Both the position numbers and the translations under genes were made by a program. From NCBI GenBank assembly GCA_963920595.1, contig OY986946.1:1364001-1428000 (forward strand): DNA of 64,000 bases, written 5' to 3'. The stretch is from Eimeria praecox. Taxonomy: Eukaryota. A model generated the notes under the pieces. That model had not been told where the DNA came from. It was given only the letters and a program-made list of their open reading frames with translations, and did no database searches. Positions within the stretch are counted from its first letter, which is position 1; each line of letters begins with the position of its first letter. This document shows positions 13,244-24,231 of this stretch, in pieces.

Positions 13244-16200
13244 ATGCCCTTGGGTAGAGCAAGACAATCGCCACCGTGGATTTCAGCAGGAGCGAGTTTA
13301 GGGCTAAATCCACCGAGACTTTCAAGCCACTCTTTCCCAAAACCGTCCTGGGGTATTCGGGGAACCGGGCCTACGGGCAATGTATTCGTGGATTACCGAC
13401 GTTTTGGCATCCGCCGGCTAGAGGACCTGCACGAGCTGCAACGGTCTCGCGAGGCAAGGTTCTTAATATGCACCTCTCCTCTATGATGCGTATCATTCAG
13501 TGGCATTGGCTTAAGAGGGGTGGGACGTAGAAGATGTGTCAGCAGTCCCATCCTGGAAAGCTGACGCGTCATGTTGCTCTGGGGACACTTATGCCCAACA
13601 GTCTGCAGGTCTTCTTGTGGTGTATGTAGACCGAAGCCATCCAGTCCTTATCGCTAACTCCCAACCGCTCTCTTTCCGGTCTCCATACAGCGGCGGTTAC
13701 TCGCCTATCTTTGGACCACACAAGGCGAGCACAGTTGTCCCCACCGGTATTCACTCTGGTCCTGCCGGTTAGCTCGGCATATTCACGCATGAAGAATGGA
13801 TCCCACACAAGGCTGCGCGTTGAAATTTGGGTGGAAGAGTTCATCTCTTTGGTGTGTGATGCAGACGATACTTGCTTAGTAGCAGCAGGGATGGTAGTAT
13901 TGCCCTGTACGACTTGGAGGCAGACGCTGCTTGGAATTTGAATGGTGGTTTTGGTCCTGAACCAAAGGTTTACCCCATTGGTTACGTGCAGAGAAGGCCT
14001 GACAGGTGGGCCCAGCGGAGACGGCATGGACCAGCGGAGGGAGCTGCTCACAGGGAACTTTAGCAACGGGATGCGGCTCAATATGCGACCTAGCCGACTT
14101 TTCGATGCTTTGCTTACAGACCTCCCAAACGCAACTTGCTTCCTTTGCACTTCCAGCCAGCGGCCGGACGGGGAGTTGCGAGGGGATGCTCAGCATGGAA
14201 TGGCGCAGGGAACACTTCGGCATCAAGTGAGGCCGGCTCAGTGAGGGTCCAAGCAGGCCATTCACGAACGGTCACAAGTGTCGAGTTCATGCCGGGGGAT
14301 AACGGGCTGTTCGTTTCCACTGGGCTTGACAAGCTTCTGAAGGTGCTTCTGGCCTCAGGGCCTTTTGCTGTGCATTGCGCTCTTGATGCCTAGCTCCTGT
14401 AAATGTCGCCACCTGAAAGCCGAATAGAGTGTTCCAAGTTGGGCGCGACGTAGCTTTCCACACACACGATGCACGGGGCCTAAATTCGTGAGCTTCAAAC
14501 CCCAAGGCTAACCCATCCATTGGCTGTGTCGAAGCGAGATGGATTTTGTGTGTCATGCAAAATGATCAGATATGGGATACACAGGCATGGGACTGCGTTC
14601 TCGACATCCATGTGGAGAGTCCCATTCTGTGCTGTGCTTTCGACCGAGTTGGATTTCAATCGAAGACCGCGTTTAGCACTAAGGGCATTTCGCGTACGGG
14701 CTCTGTGGGGCAGTCTGTAGACTCCCCGGCACATCTAGCACTTGCCACAGGCTGCCAAGATGGAGCTATTCGTATATTTGACGTGAGGTGCGGAGCTGCC
14801 CAGCAGACGCTACCGGGACACGGAGGTGGGTTGCACACTACCCTTCATATCCGCTCCAGAGCACTACCTTTTGGGCACCACAGGCACCTTCATGAGAGGC
14901 AGCTGTGCTGATCGACGATGCGTGTTACTAGGTTGTCATACATCGCCATTGGGTACGGCGAGTTCTTGGACGTGGCGGCATGGTCCTAGTATGTTGTTTT
15001 TTGTGGTTGTCGTGCAGGGGCGGTGTTATCCGTAACGTGGGATCCTGTTCTCCCATGCCAATTGTTTTCAGGCTCTTCTGACAAGTTAGTAAACACACGA
15101 GTAGACTGGCGTTGCAAGCATTCGTGCAGTGCATTAGTTTCTGAGTTTGTGTTGTGGTTTCGACAGGTCGATTAGGAAGTGGGATATTCGGCGGAATGAT
15201 GCTTGTTTCATGGTATTCGACAAGAGCAAGCCAGATCTCGATTTCTTTCGTAAGCTCCTGAATGTCGCACTTCGCTGTTTTGGGGGTGCCTACAGATTGT
15301 GCTGCCGGAGGCTGGTCCTCACCCCAGGAACTCAATGCGGGAACAATATGTGGCTTCCATGGCTTCCATATACGCATAAGCTGCTATCCTTATATGTAGT
15401 TAACTCAGAGCGTGCACGCACGCATGCGTTTTGCGGGTTTGAACTCTAGTTTATGGTATGGAAATTGCTTTTAGCCCGTTTTGCTTGATTGAAGAGAACT
15501 GGGCCTGTGCGACCTCTGTGGCAGGAAAAAGATGCTCGCAATCAGCAGCTTTTCGCCAGTTACTTTATACATCCGATGCTGTGGGTGGGCGTTGCTCTCC
15601 TACGCGAACTTTGCCTTACGGAACGCTGGAAAACCCTCCATGTATGCGACGTGGCGGCACTACTTTAAAGGGTCAGGGGGCCACGCTGGACGTCGTGGCG
15701 AAGGCAGCTGCCGATGCTGCTTTTGAACACGATCCCTTGTTTTCCTTACCGAATTCGTCACCTATGAGTTCAGCCTTTCCTCTGGTTACTTCAGAGGCTC
15801 GCCCCATCAGAACACCTCATCTCCAGATTCCTAATCAGTCGAAGAAGCGCATTCGAAACTTAGCTGGTGCGAAGATGAATTTGGGTCACGGAGTTAAGAG
15901 AACAAGGTTAGAAGAACCAGCACAGCGGCAGTGCCCCCCTCCATCCAGCAAAATAGCTCGACTCGCTGGTTCCTTGAGTGGCCAACAGTTGGACTCTTTC
16001 GGCACCAAGCAAGCACGGGGGGCCATAATTTCGACAGCAGTGCTGGAGAGAGGCGACTGCGGCTTTCCCGCATTATCTAGCGTGGGAAAGATCGGCGACA
16101 TCCCGTGTGATGAAGCCCTTAATAATAGTGATGGCGTACAGGAACATATTTTGCAGGCAAGCGGCGGCGTAAGTAACAGAAAGCCAAAAAGACGGCTTCG

Positions 16201-17233
16201 TTCGGCTACCCCAGCTCCTTCACCCAAATGCCGGCTGGCAGGTTCCGTACCGACCATCCGTGTACCTTCAGAAAACATCAGTTTCCCTGCCCATACCCAA
16301 ATTCTCCAGGACCCTGCTGACGGAACGACTGTACAAAAATCTCTAGATCAAGGTGGAGAAGCAGGGAGAACTCGTTGGGCCGTTTGCCAGTCACCTACCG
16401 CAGGGAGAGAGCATGATTCTGGAAATGGTGCACATGAGTCTACTAGGGAGGCACGGCAGACGGTATGCAATCCGGTATACCATGCTGCTTCACTGCATTC
16501 TGAACGGAACAAACACGACTTTTCGGGGGCGGCTGGCATATGCAAGAGCAGTAATTCCACGAGTGCTTCCGTTGCGTCAAGGCAGCTACTTTGTGGCCTT
16601 GGAATCTCCCGGAAAAGTTCATCTGCATTGCGAGAACCAGCAGAAGGACTCTTAGGAAACGCCGATGACAGGTGGATCGATTCAAAGTCGTTTCTGCATA
16701 GCAGCGGAGGTTCAGCGAGTACAGACCAGCGCCAAAGCGTGTGGCGTGAAATCAGTGCGCACGATGGAGCAGTGACATGCCTCGTGCCAAGCCCAGATGG
16801 CACTTACCTTGTTTCATCCGGAAGTGATGGGCGCATAAGGTTATGGAATGCCTTAAGTGGCAGCCACTGCTTTGTCCACATGATTCTAAACATCCCCAGT
16901 AACTCTGCCCTTACGTCGGTGCAAGAACCTCGCCGCAGCCGAACGTCCGCAATCCCAGCAGGGCCAGAGAAATCGAAAACACTAACAAGCAACAGATCTG
17001 CTTCGATGTGGGGAGTTCAAGCGGCCATGTCAAAAAGCGGCGAGTATCTTCTACACGGAATGGGCCGGGTACTTTGCACGTTCGATATTATGTCAGGAGC
17101 GGAGCTGCACATAACTGCGCCCGGCCATAGGGATGACATTGTTTGCGTCGCATGGAATGATGAGAAGAATGAAGCATATTCTGGTGCCTTGGACGGTAGT
17201 ATACTCATCTGTGACGCTATTAGTGAGTTATAA
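13244..17233 (+). CDS. ERCC8: ERCC8/CSA (Rad28)-like WD40 DNA excision repair protein, multi-exon
   Basis: RYLLSSSRDGSIALYDLE; GHSRTVTSVEFMPGDNGLFVSTGLDKLLKIWDT; AAQQTLPGHGGAVLSVTWDP; SIRKWDIRRNDACFMVFD; SAHDGAVTCLVPSPDGTYLVSSGSDGRIRLWNALSG all parallel CSA in order. Start codon and first exons are less certain. Confidence 0.85.
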
Positions 17234-17741
17234 ATGCAAGTTTGTTAAACCCAGCTATCGTTGCTTGACTATCCTCATTCGTATAGATTGCAGCATCAGT
17301 CTGTATACTTCGTGTGACATTCGTTTGTTTTAGGCGGCTATACAAGTGAAGACGCAGAGGATGCTGACGGCGAAGAGGTCCCAGTGGTGAATGTATCACC
17401 ATTGGGATCTTTGTGATTCAAAGTGCTCCAGTACAAATGCTAGGGGGTCTCTCTGTGCGGCTTTTAACAAAACCGCCTTCCATAGCATCAGATCTTTGCT
17501 TCGCTTAAAGCGCAGTGCGCTGCCCCGATTCAAGGTGGGCATAATTGTACAGAAGTGTTTGACTATGAACTATAGTGTCGTGCTCTCTTGTGGCTGAGAG
17601 CATGTTGGTAAATTCAATTGCATACACTTTGAAAAAAAATATTAGGTAAATATACATCGAGTTTCGAGAAAGATGCCACTTCGCACTGCCGTAGCTGTTG
17701 CCGAAGATAATGTTTATGCCGCTACCTAAATGATTGCCGCA

Positions 17742-18933
17742 TTAGTGGATGTGGAAGAGCGAGTCGAAAACGTTACACACCTGCTCGGCTTCTTGGAGCA
17801 GTTGCGATACATTCCCGAGAGCTGTGCGAAACTCTTCGGTATCAGGGGCATGCCCGCGAAGCTCGTCGATTTTAGTGTGGACAGCAGCAATTTTGTCTAT
17901 TTTCCTTTTGACTTGTTCGCGCTGGCTACGAGTTTGAAGGAGCCGAGCTCCGGCACCATGGAAGCTGATTGCAATATCGTCAGAATGCGTGCGCGTTTAA
18001 AGCATGCCGAGTAAAGCTTACAGGGACTCGACGGTTTCAAGTAGGGACAAGCTGCGTTTGCTCACACTATCCTCGCGCCCATTCCACATCAATTTCCCCT
18101 GTAGTGCATCCCAAGTAAGCTGGTATTTTCAGTGCGTGGCGGCAGCGCCCTTACATTGGAAATGCATTTTTTCCAGAATTTATCTTGGTTTTCAATGCCA
18201 AGCAGGTTCCTGTGACGAGCTTTTCATCTCGAAAGCTTTTGCAGAAGATCCCCTTTTGAACGGCGTACCCCATAGTCTTCATTGCCAGCGACATATCCAC
18301 TGCAGCCTCCTGGCGGAGGTCGCGAGCTCGTTGGAAGTCACCGGACTGTTCTGGCGCCGGAAATGTTGCTAGGTCGCAACTTTACAGTGTTTCTCTACTT
18401 GCCTGCCCGGGTGGCTGATTCCTGTGGAAGATAACTGTCTAAGTTGTATTCGGAATTTTCAAAGCCAACTTCACTTACAATCTGATGAAGTGCCCGTGGC
18501 AATAGAACTTCGGGGTTGACGTATTCTTCGTGAGTTCCGGCTTCCTTTGCGACTTTCATTGCCCCTTGCCAAACCAGGTACGCGTTGCGAGGATCTGGAA
18601 CATAATCATTGGTACGTAGGAGGGTTGGGCGAAGGTGCAGCAACACTTCGTACCTGCCGTAGTCTCGAGAAACGAACGTTGCTCTTCCGTTAGTAGCCTC
18701 TCGGGGTCTTTTGAGAGTTGAGGCACTGGGTTGAGAAGCTCCAGAAATGTACCAACGTATCCTGCACGTCTCATTCAATACTGCAAGCGCTCTTTCCAGC
18801 ATAAATGGGTCTCACTTCCTAGGCGAGACGAATGGTGATGAAGTCGTTTCGTGGTGTGTTCGTGCTCCATTGACACGGCCGAAACGTGGCCGGCCACGAG
18901 GGGGAGGAGTAACACGCTTGCTGCCTTCACCAT
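17742..18933 (-). CDS. Putative secreted protein (signal peptide), multi-exon; 3' exon structure uncertain
   Basis: MVKAASVLLLPLVAGHVSA signal-like start at 18933. In-phase GT-AG joins to exon 18761-18654 (TFLE...SFLE) and to DPRNAYLVWQGAMK. A stop-free helical last exon ends at 17742. Confidence 0.5.
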
Positions 18934-19627
18934 CTTCTGAATATGCGTGAAGCAACGAGCAAAAACCAAGTCTATGATATATATAATTAGGCACAAATGA
19001 GGCCTCTGGAACACTCCGCAGGAGAAAAATACACTTGACTGACCGCAGTGGCAACGCCTAGCACAGCGCTCAGGTGTAAGTACAGAAGCCTGTGCTCCCT
19101 TCAGCATGCTGCTCACTCTCAACAAACTCGCCGAAAATGGGTGGTGTTCCAATCAAATCATCTCGATCAGAATGCCACCATTTGGTTTCTTGAGTGAATT
19201 CCAACATTAAAATCCCGAGTTCGGCGCAGCCGCTACCCCACAACTTCGCAGAATACTGTGACGGTTGTGGTTGTGGCTGCAAGCTACTCCTATCAACCTA
19301 ACAGCTAGTCTGTTTCCTAGACTCTTGCTCAAGTTAGCGTAAACCGTACTCAACAAGTTGAATCACGCTACGTACATGCCTACCCGACTAAGTTCCTCTG
19401 ATGAAAACTGCTACTTCTAAACTTCCTAGAAAAGCTAGTGCACTTCTTTGCAAATCGGCATCCCCAATAGGCCCTTGCGATGCAAGCAAGCTACATTCTA
19501 GCCCGCTCCACGAAATTCCCGATTCAGATTGGTTCGAAAGGTTCGAAACTAGGAAACTTTCGCAAGGAACGGATGTAGGTGGCTGGCCTTCCTAACCGCC
19601 CCAGGCGCCAACAAAACGTTTATGGTC

Positions 19628-21699
19628 TCAAGCGGCCACAAGAGCATCCTTTGTGCCAGAAAGGAAGTCAGACCATTCCTGGAATGGCGACTTTGTGTAC
19701 AGTCTGGGCTTCCAGAGGTCAGGGGTCAAGTACCCATATGTTTGTTTCAAAGCGTTGAAGAGAGCCTGCAGTCAGCAGTAATGCACGGGACAATTTACAT
19801 GAACACCATAGAGGAAAGCCACATCTCCTTACGAAAACAGCATACAAGCAACCTAAAGGGAGTGTTGATGCATTCACAACTCGTACCTTCATGAAGTTAC
19901 CCCTCGTCTTCGTTGAACCATTGGAGTTGGAGAAGCAATCTTTAATGCCAGCAAACGCCAGAATCTTCTTGGTCGTGGGGGCGCCTACAATGTGCGTACC
20001 ACGAGGGGCGGGGATGAGGCGAACGCGCACGGACCCACACTTCCCTGAGACCTTCATGGGGACCGTATGGGGGTCACCGATTTTGTTTCCCCAGTATCCA
20101 CGCCTGCACAACGAAGACCCCACACGTTATGTGCCTGGTACCAACAGCTTCTCCAGCACGCCATATTCACCAGGTTCAGAAGGGACCTCCATACCTGACA
20201 GGGATGAGGCTCAGCTTGGCTGCGATGATAGCACCGCGGATCGCGCTAGCGACTTCCTTAGCACACTTCACCCCCAAACCACAGTGCCCGTTACTGTCGC
20301 CGATAGCTACAAAAGCCTTGAAACGAGTCCTCTGTCCAGCTTGAGTCTGCTTCTGAACAGGCATGATTTTCATCACTTCATCCTTGAGTGGCCTGGAAGT
20401 GACCTCAGGAAGGAAGAAATGGTCGATGATCTGCACAGACAATAGTCAATAAGAACAAACATTCTCATCCGAAAGACTAGTGCCATACACTGGTACAGCA
20501 CACTCACGAACAGCCGAAATCCCTCTAAACACCCCAGACCTTGTTCTATCTGGAGTACTAACAAGCAAATACACATCCCATCACAATGGGTCACAACCGC
20601 GCATCAGACAGCAATTGGACGAATTCCTCCATCAGTTCTCCGGAAGGGGAATACGTTTGTCATCATGCACGCGTATGATGACCCCAAAATCGCACAGGAA
20701 CTGCACAGCCAATAGTCAATAAGAACAAATATTCACTCGAAATCCTAGTCCCGCGCACTAATACAGCACACTCATCAACAGCCGAAAGCCCTCACCCCAG
20801 ATATTGTCCTATCTGGAGTACTAACGAGCAAATGCACATTCATTCACAGTGGGTCACAACCGCGCATCAGACAGCAATTGGACGAATTCCTCCATCAGTT
20901 CTCCGGAAGGGGAATACGTTTGTCATCATAGGCGCGTAGAAATGGTGAGCCCAAAACGCAAAGAGGTCATTCACCAGGCTACGCCACAAAGAACACTGTA
21001 TGAAGGCCACGAGAAACGCACGTACCTGGAACTCCTTCACAGGGAGGGAATGAAGATACACCTCTTCAATGGAGGTGATCTTTCCCGCACGTACGAGACG
21101 ACCAAGCTTGGTGATAGGCACCCAGTCCTTCAGGTCATCTTCAGCTGAACCACGACCTCTACCGCGGCCTCGACCTCTGCCGCGTCCCCTTGGTCCACCA
21201 CGTCCAAAGCCACGTCCGAATCCGCCGCGCTCTGAATCATACAGTAGCAAAAGGGAGTACGCAGGGAAAGTGCAAGTTGGTGAACTCCCCACACGGGGTC
21301 CGCCCCTCAGCCCAGTGTTGGATGGGTGTACAGTGAAAAGCCCATCATCATAAAATGATGAATATTATGTCAACTTTACTCTGAACAACCAAAACCTCCC
21401 TTTCCGACCCAACAGCACCCGCAAGACCCGGCATAGCACCGTCGCCACACAGCCCACCCATACAAGCAGAACGGTTCGGCTTTTAATAGCGCATCTCAGT
21501 AAGTCTTCCGAAGACCAGTTGCATTCAATCAATGAATAAACAGAAATATCCATCAACCGTCAGTCCTTGCGGACGGAATGCACAGAAACGGGGCACGCCA
21601 TCGAAAACATCAGTCATCCCCACAGCGCATCAGGGTATGCAGCTTATGCGTCTGGAAACAATTATAGGCTGCTGCCGCAGCTGCTAACGAACCTGCCAT
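19628..21699 (-). CDS. RPS2: 40S ribosomal protein S2 (uS5); exons 21699-21693, 21231-21026, 20430-20195, 20103-19887, 19765-19628
   Basis: RGG-rich N-terminus, [67 protein letters not shown]. Confidence 0.98.
20598..20673 (-). ncRNA. Candidate intronic box C/D snoRNA, copy A
   Basis: On the host (minus) strand: ATGATGA (C box) ... CTGA (D') ... CTGA (D box), closed by a CGCGT/GCGCG terminal stem; located in a ribosomal protein intron. Confidence 0.75.
20861..20936 (-). ncRNA. Candidate intronic box C/D snoRNA, copy B
   Basis: C-to-D core identical to copy A; terminal stem CGCGC/GCGCG. Confidence 0.75.
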
Positions 21700-22159
21700 T
21701 TTCGGAGGATAGCAAAACGCCTTAGAAAGAGATCCCCAAAAACGACCAGCAAACTTTTGGCTCAGCACTGCTGCCATGGGATGCCATCTGGAAGCCGCGT
21801 TGGAGTGGGGCGGCCAGCGGCTGCGGCCCCCAGCAGCCTCTGTTCTCACTGTTGTCGTCCCTTGCAATCAGCAAACAGAGCAAACTGGCTGTGTAACCAA
21901 AGCAAAAACACTACAATTATAGTTTTTGTAACGGCTTTCTCCCCTCTAAATAGGGTTGGGCGTTCCATGGAAACCAGCCTTGCTCCTTTTCATGCCGTGT
22001 CGGCTACAGAGGGCTGAAGCATGCAGTCTCGCGCGGCCATGCACATCAGCCCACACCGCGTATGCGTATAAGGGAGCCATTCCCACCCCGAACACAATGA
22101 TTGCCTATTTGCTGAGGCGTGTGCCACTGAGCGTCACATAGCGGGGCGCAGCGACGTTG

Positions 22160-22580
22160 TTGCATGCTTTGTTTGTTCTTAATGCTTGTCTCTGTACTTG
22201 AGTACAGGCAGGCGGTATAATGCCAAGGTAGTATTTAATAGTTGTCCACAATGCTCATGCACGAATCAAAAGGGGGCTTGGACACTCCTGCATGCGACGC
22301 CGTGTGGCCGGAGCCGTATTGAGAATCGTGGGTACTACCATAGGACAGTGGCATGATGCATTCGTAACTGGGGACCGTCGTGAGCTGCAGTGAAGTAAAA
22401 TATTTCAGAGGAGTCGCCAAAGGCAGCTGCCCTCTGCTACACCTTCCAGGTGCTGTCCAAGGGCCTGTGCTGGTATGGACACGGGCAGGCATGCGATAAG
22501 GTGCAACGCACGTTCCTTTAGGCAGTGCTGCAAGGAAGTCCTACACGCATGCACGGCCAATGCCGTTTTGCTGCATGCAC
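22160..22580. promoter_or_regulatory. Cluster of YGCATGC motifs upstream of RPS2 in the RPS2/RPS11 divergent intergenic region
   Basis: Motifs near 22161, 22289, 22546 and 22572 resemble the coccidian TRP-2 ribosomal-protein promoter element. The motif is also common elsewhere in this window. Confidence 0.4.
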
Positions 22581-23429
22581 TTGCAGTGTAGGGCGCAATG
22601 TAAACCGTCCTTAAACTCTTACTGGGTCCTCCAAATTGAGCCTGCGAGTAACTAGGGACACGCGGATCAGCGTCACGCAGCGCATTGTACTGTCGTCGTA
22701 TAGCTGAGTTCTAGTACTCGAGGAATCGTGCCACAGGTGGCAAAGCCCGCTGCGCAAGCACCATGCTCCCTCGTGTGCCAGAAAGCCAGAGAGGTGCACT
22801 AAGGGCGGAAGTCCTTAGGCTAGGATAGCCGCGAATTGCAACACAAATGAATTTCTTATTGTAATGGTTCTCTGGAAGTATCTCCTCTCTATCAATGTTT
22901 CACAGCAGCATATTGTCCTGGGGTGGGGTGGGGAAAGGATGGCTTCGTTTAGATTGGGGCGGTTTGTTGATGCTTGTGATCACATTTGCTACACAGAGCC
23001 AATTACGTGTTTAGTATTTGTAAAAGGGGCCAATTGTTGGATTTGCTTTGCATTCTGAGTCGCTGCAATCCTTTTCGCAGCTCAGCAAACCCCCACTCAA
23101 GAATAACTGGAACTCTTGTGGAGGTAAGCAGTATCAACACAGATAACTCTTCAACTTGTTGCTCGCAATACCCACGATGCTCGCACATGTAGATGTATGC
23201 ATTCACCCCTGACGGGCATGGCTTTGCAAAGCAACCGGGCTTGAAGGCCATAGCGTTATCTGTTTGATGCCAGTGTAAGCGTCTCTACTTGAGAGCAAGT
23301 TGTGCTGAAGGTCAAGTAAGTGCTTGACACTTGTATTCCTTATTCCAGCATGCATCAAACTGTGTGTCCGCTGTGCACGTATTCAAGGCTGCCTTGCAGC
23401 AGGAGTTGCAAAAAGAAGTGTCGAAGCTC

Positions 23430-23660
23430 ACAGTAGCCGCATCCCTTTCACAGCAAGCCCATGCCTTACTGCCGCTGTATCAATGGCTTCTGGAGTCAGG
23501 ATGGTTGGCCATATATTTCTTTGAAATGCTGTCAAGAAAGTTGAGTCTATGCCGCTCACAATGGTCTTCGAGTAAGGTTAAAGGGTCTTGTTACCGAAGG
23601 ATGCAAAACTCTCTTTTCAACGCATCAACCAACGTCGTGGGCAATGGATAATCCTGTAAC
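23430..23660 (-). mobile_element. Probable degenerate retrotransposon gag fragment
   Basis: Frameshifted peptides LVDALKREF and AVRHGL resemble LVEAVRLDF and IVRHGL in the gag-position region of the element at 35.3-35.4 kb, with similar spacing. Confidence 0.4.
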
Positions 23661-24231
23661 AGTCAGCTGAATTGGACTAACACAAATACGCACACCATTC
23701 GGTCTCCATTGGTGTGTGCACCCTCTTCTGAGGGAACTTGCCATACCAGGTAATGGGCATTTAACCGGAACGTATGCACACCCGGTTCTTCAGGGGCGAA
23801 GCTGTTGGCCCGCTAACAGCACTAACAGAAACGAACACTCCGCGAGGAAGCTAAGGCTTATTGGTATATGCTGAAATAAGCAGTCCCCTGGATGGGCTGC
23901 GCATGTAGAGTAACGAGGGGAATGGCGCATATAGCTTCTTCGCTGCTGCTACGTGCAAAAATCAATCCCCAAGAGTTCAGCTATACTTATTTGATAAATT
24001 CAAAAGAAAACTACACAGCTTTACCTTAGTTGTTCCTAACTTTCTTGCTTTACTCTGGAAGAGGTATCCACGTAGGTTGGGGCTGGACAGCGCACCCCTT
24101 GCTGTGGGGGCTGTGACAATCGTCGGTGAAGATCGGGATGGTGGGACTGCTGTAGTTGGCTTTGTTTTCGTCGTGCAATCTTTAAAGCTGGGCCCAGCTA
24201 CAAGGAACTGACCAAATTCTGGCAGTACACG

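Larger units (their letters stand above)
20431..20966. repeat. ~265-270 bp imperfect tandem duplication inside RPS2 intron 2
   Basis: Copies at ~20431-20698 and ~20701-20966 both start CTGCACAG.CAATAGTCAATAAGAACAAA. The flanks have diverged, but an 80-nt core (20587-20666 vs 20850-20929) is identical. Confidence 0.95.

Noticed and set aside
18369..18402. Additional GC-AG intron in the secreted orphan
   Set aside because: Would be only 34 nt and a canonical GTAAGT donor lies upstream; exon structure unresolved.
21307..21390. Extra C/D snoRNA in RPS2 intron 1 (ATGATGA...CTGA on both strands)
   Set aside because: C-to-D spans are only about 31-45 nt with no terminal stem; the two C-like boxes form a 7-bp inverted repeat. 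Not enough support.
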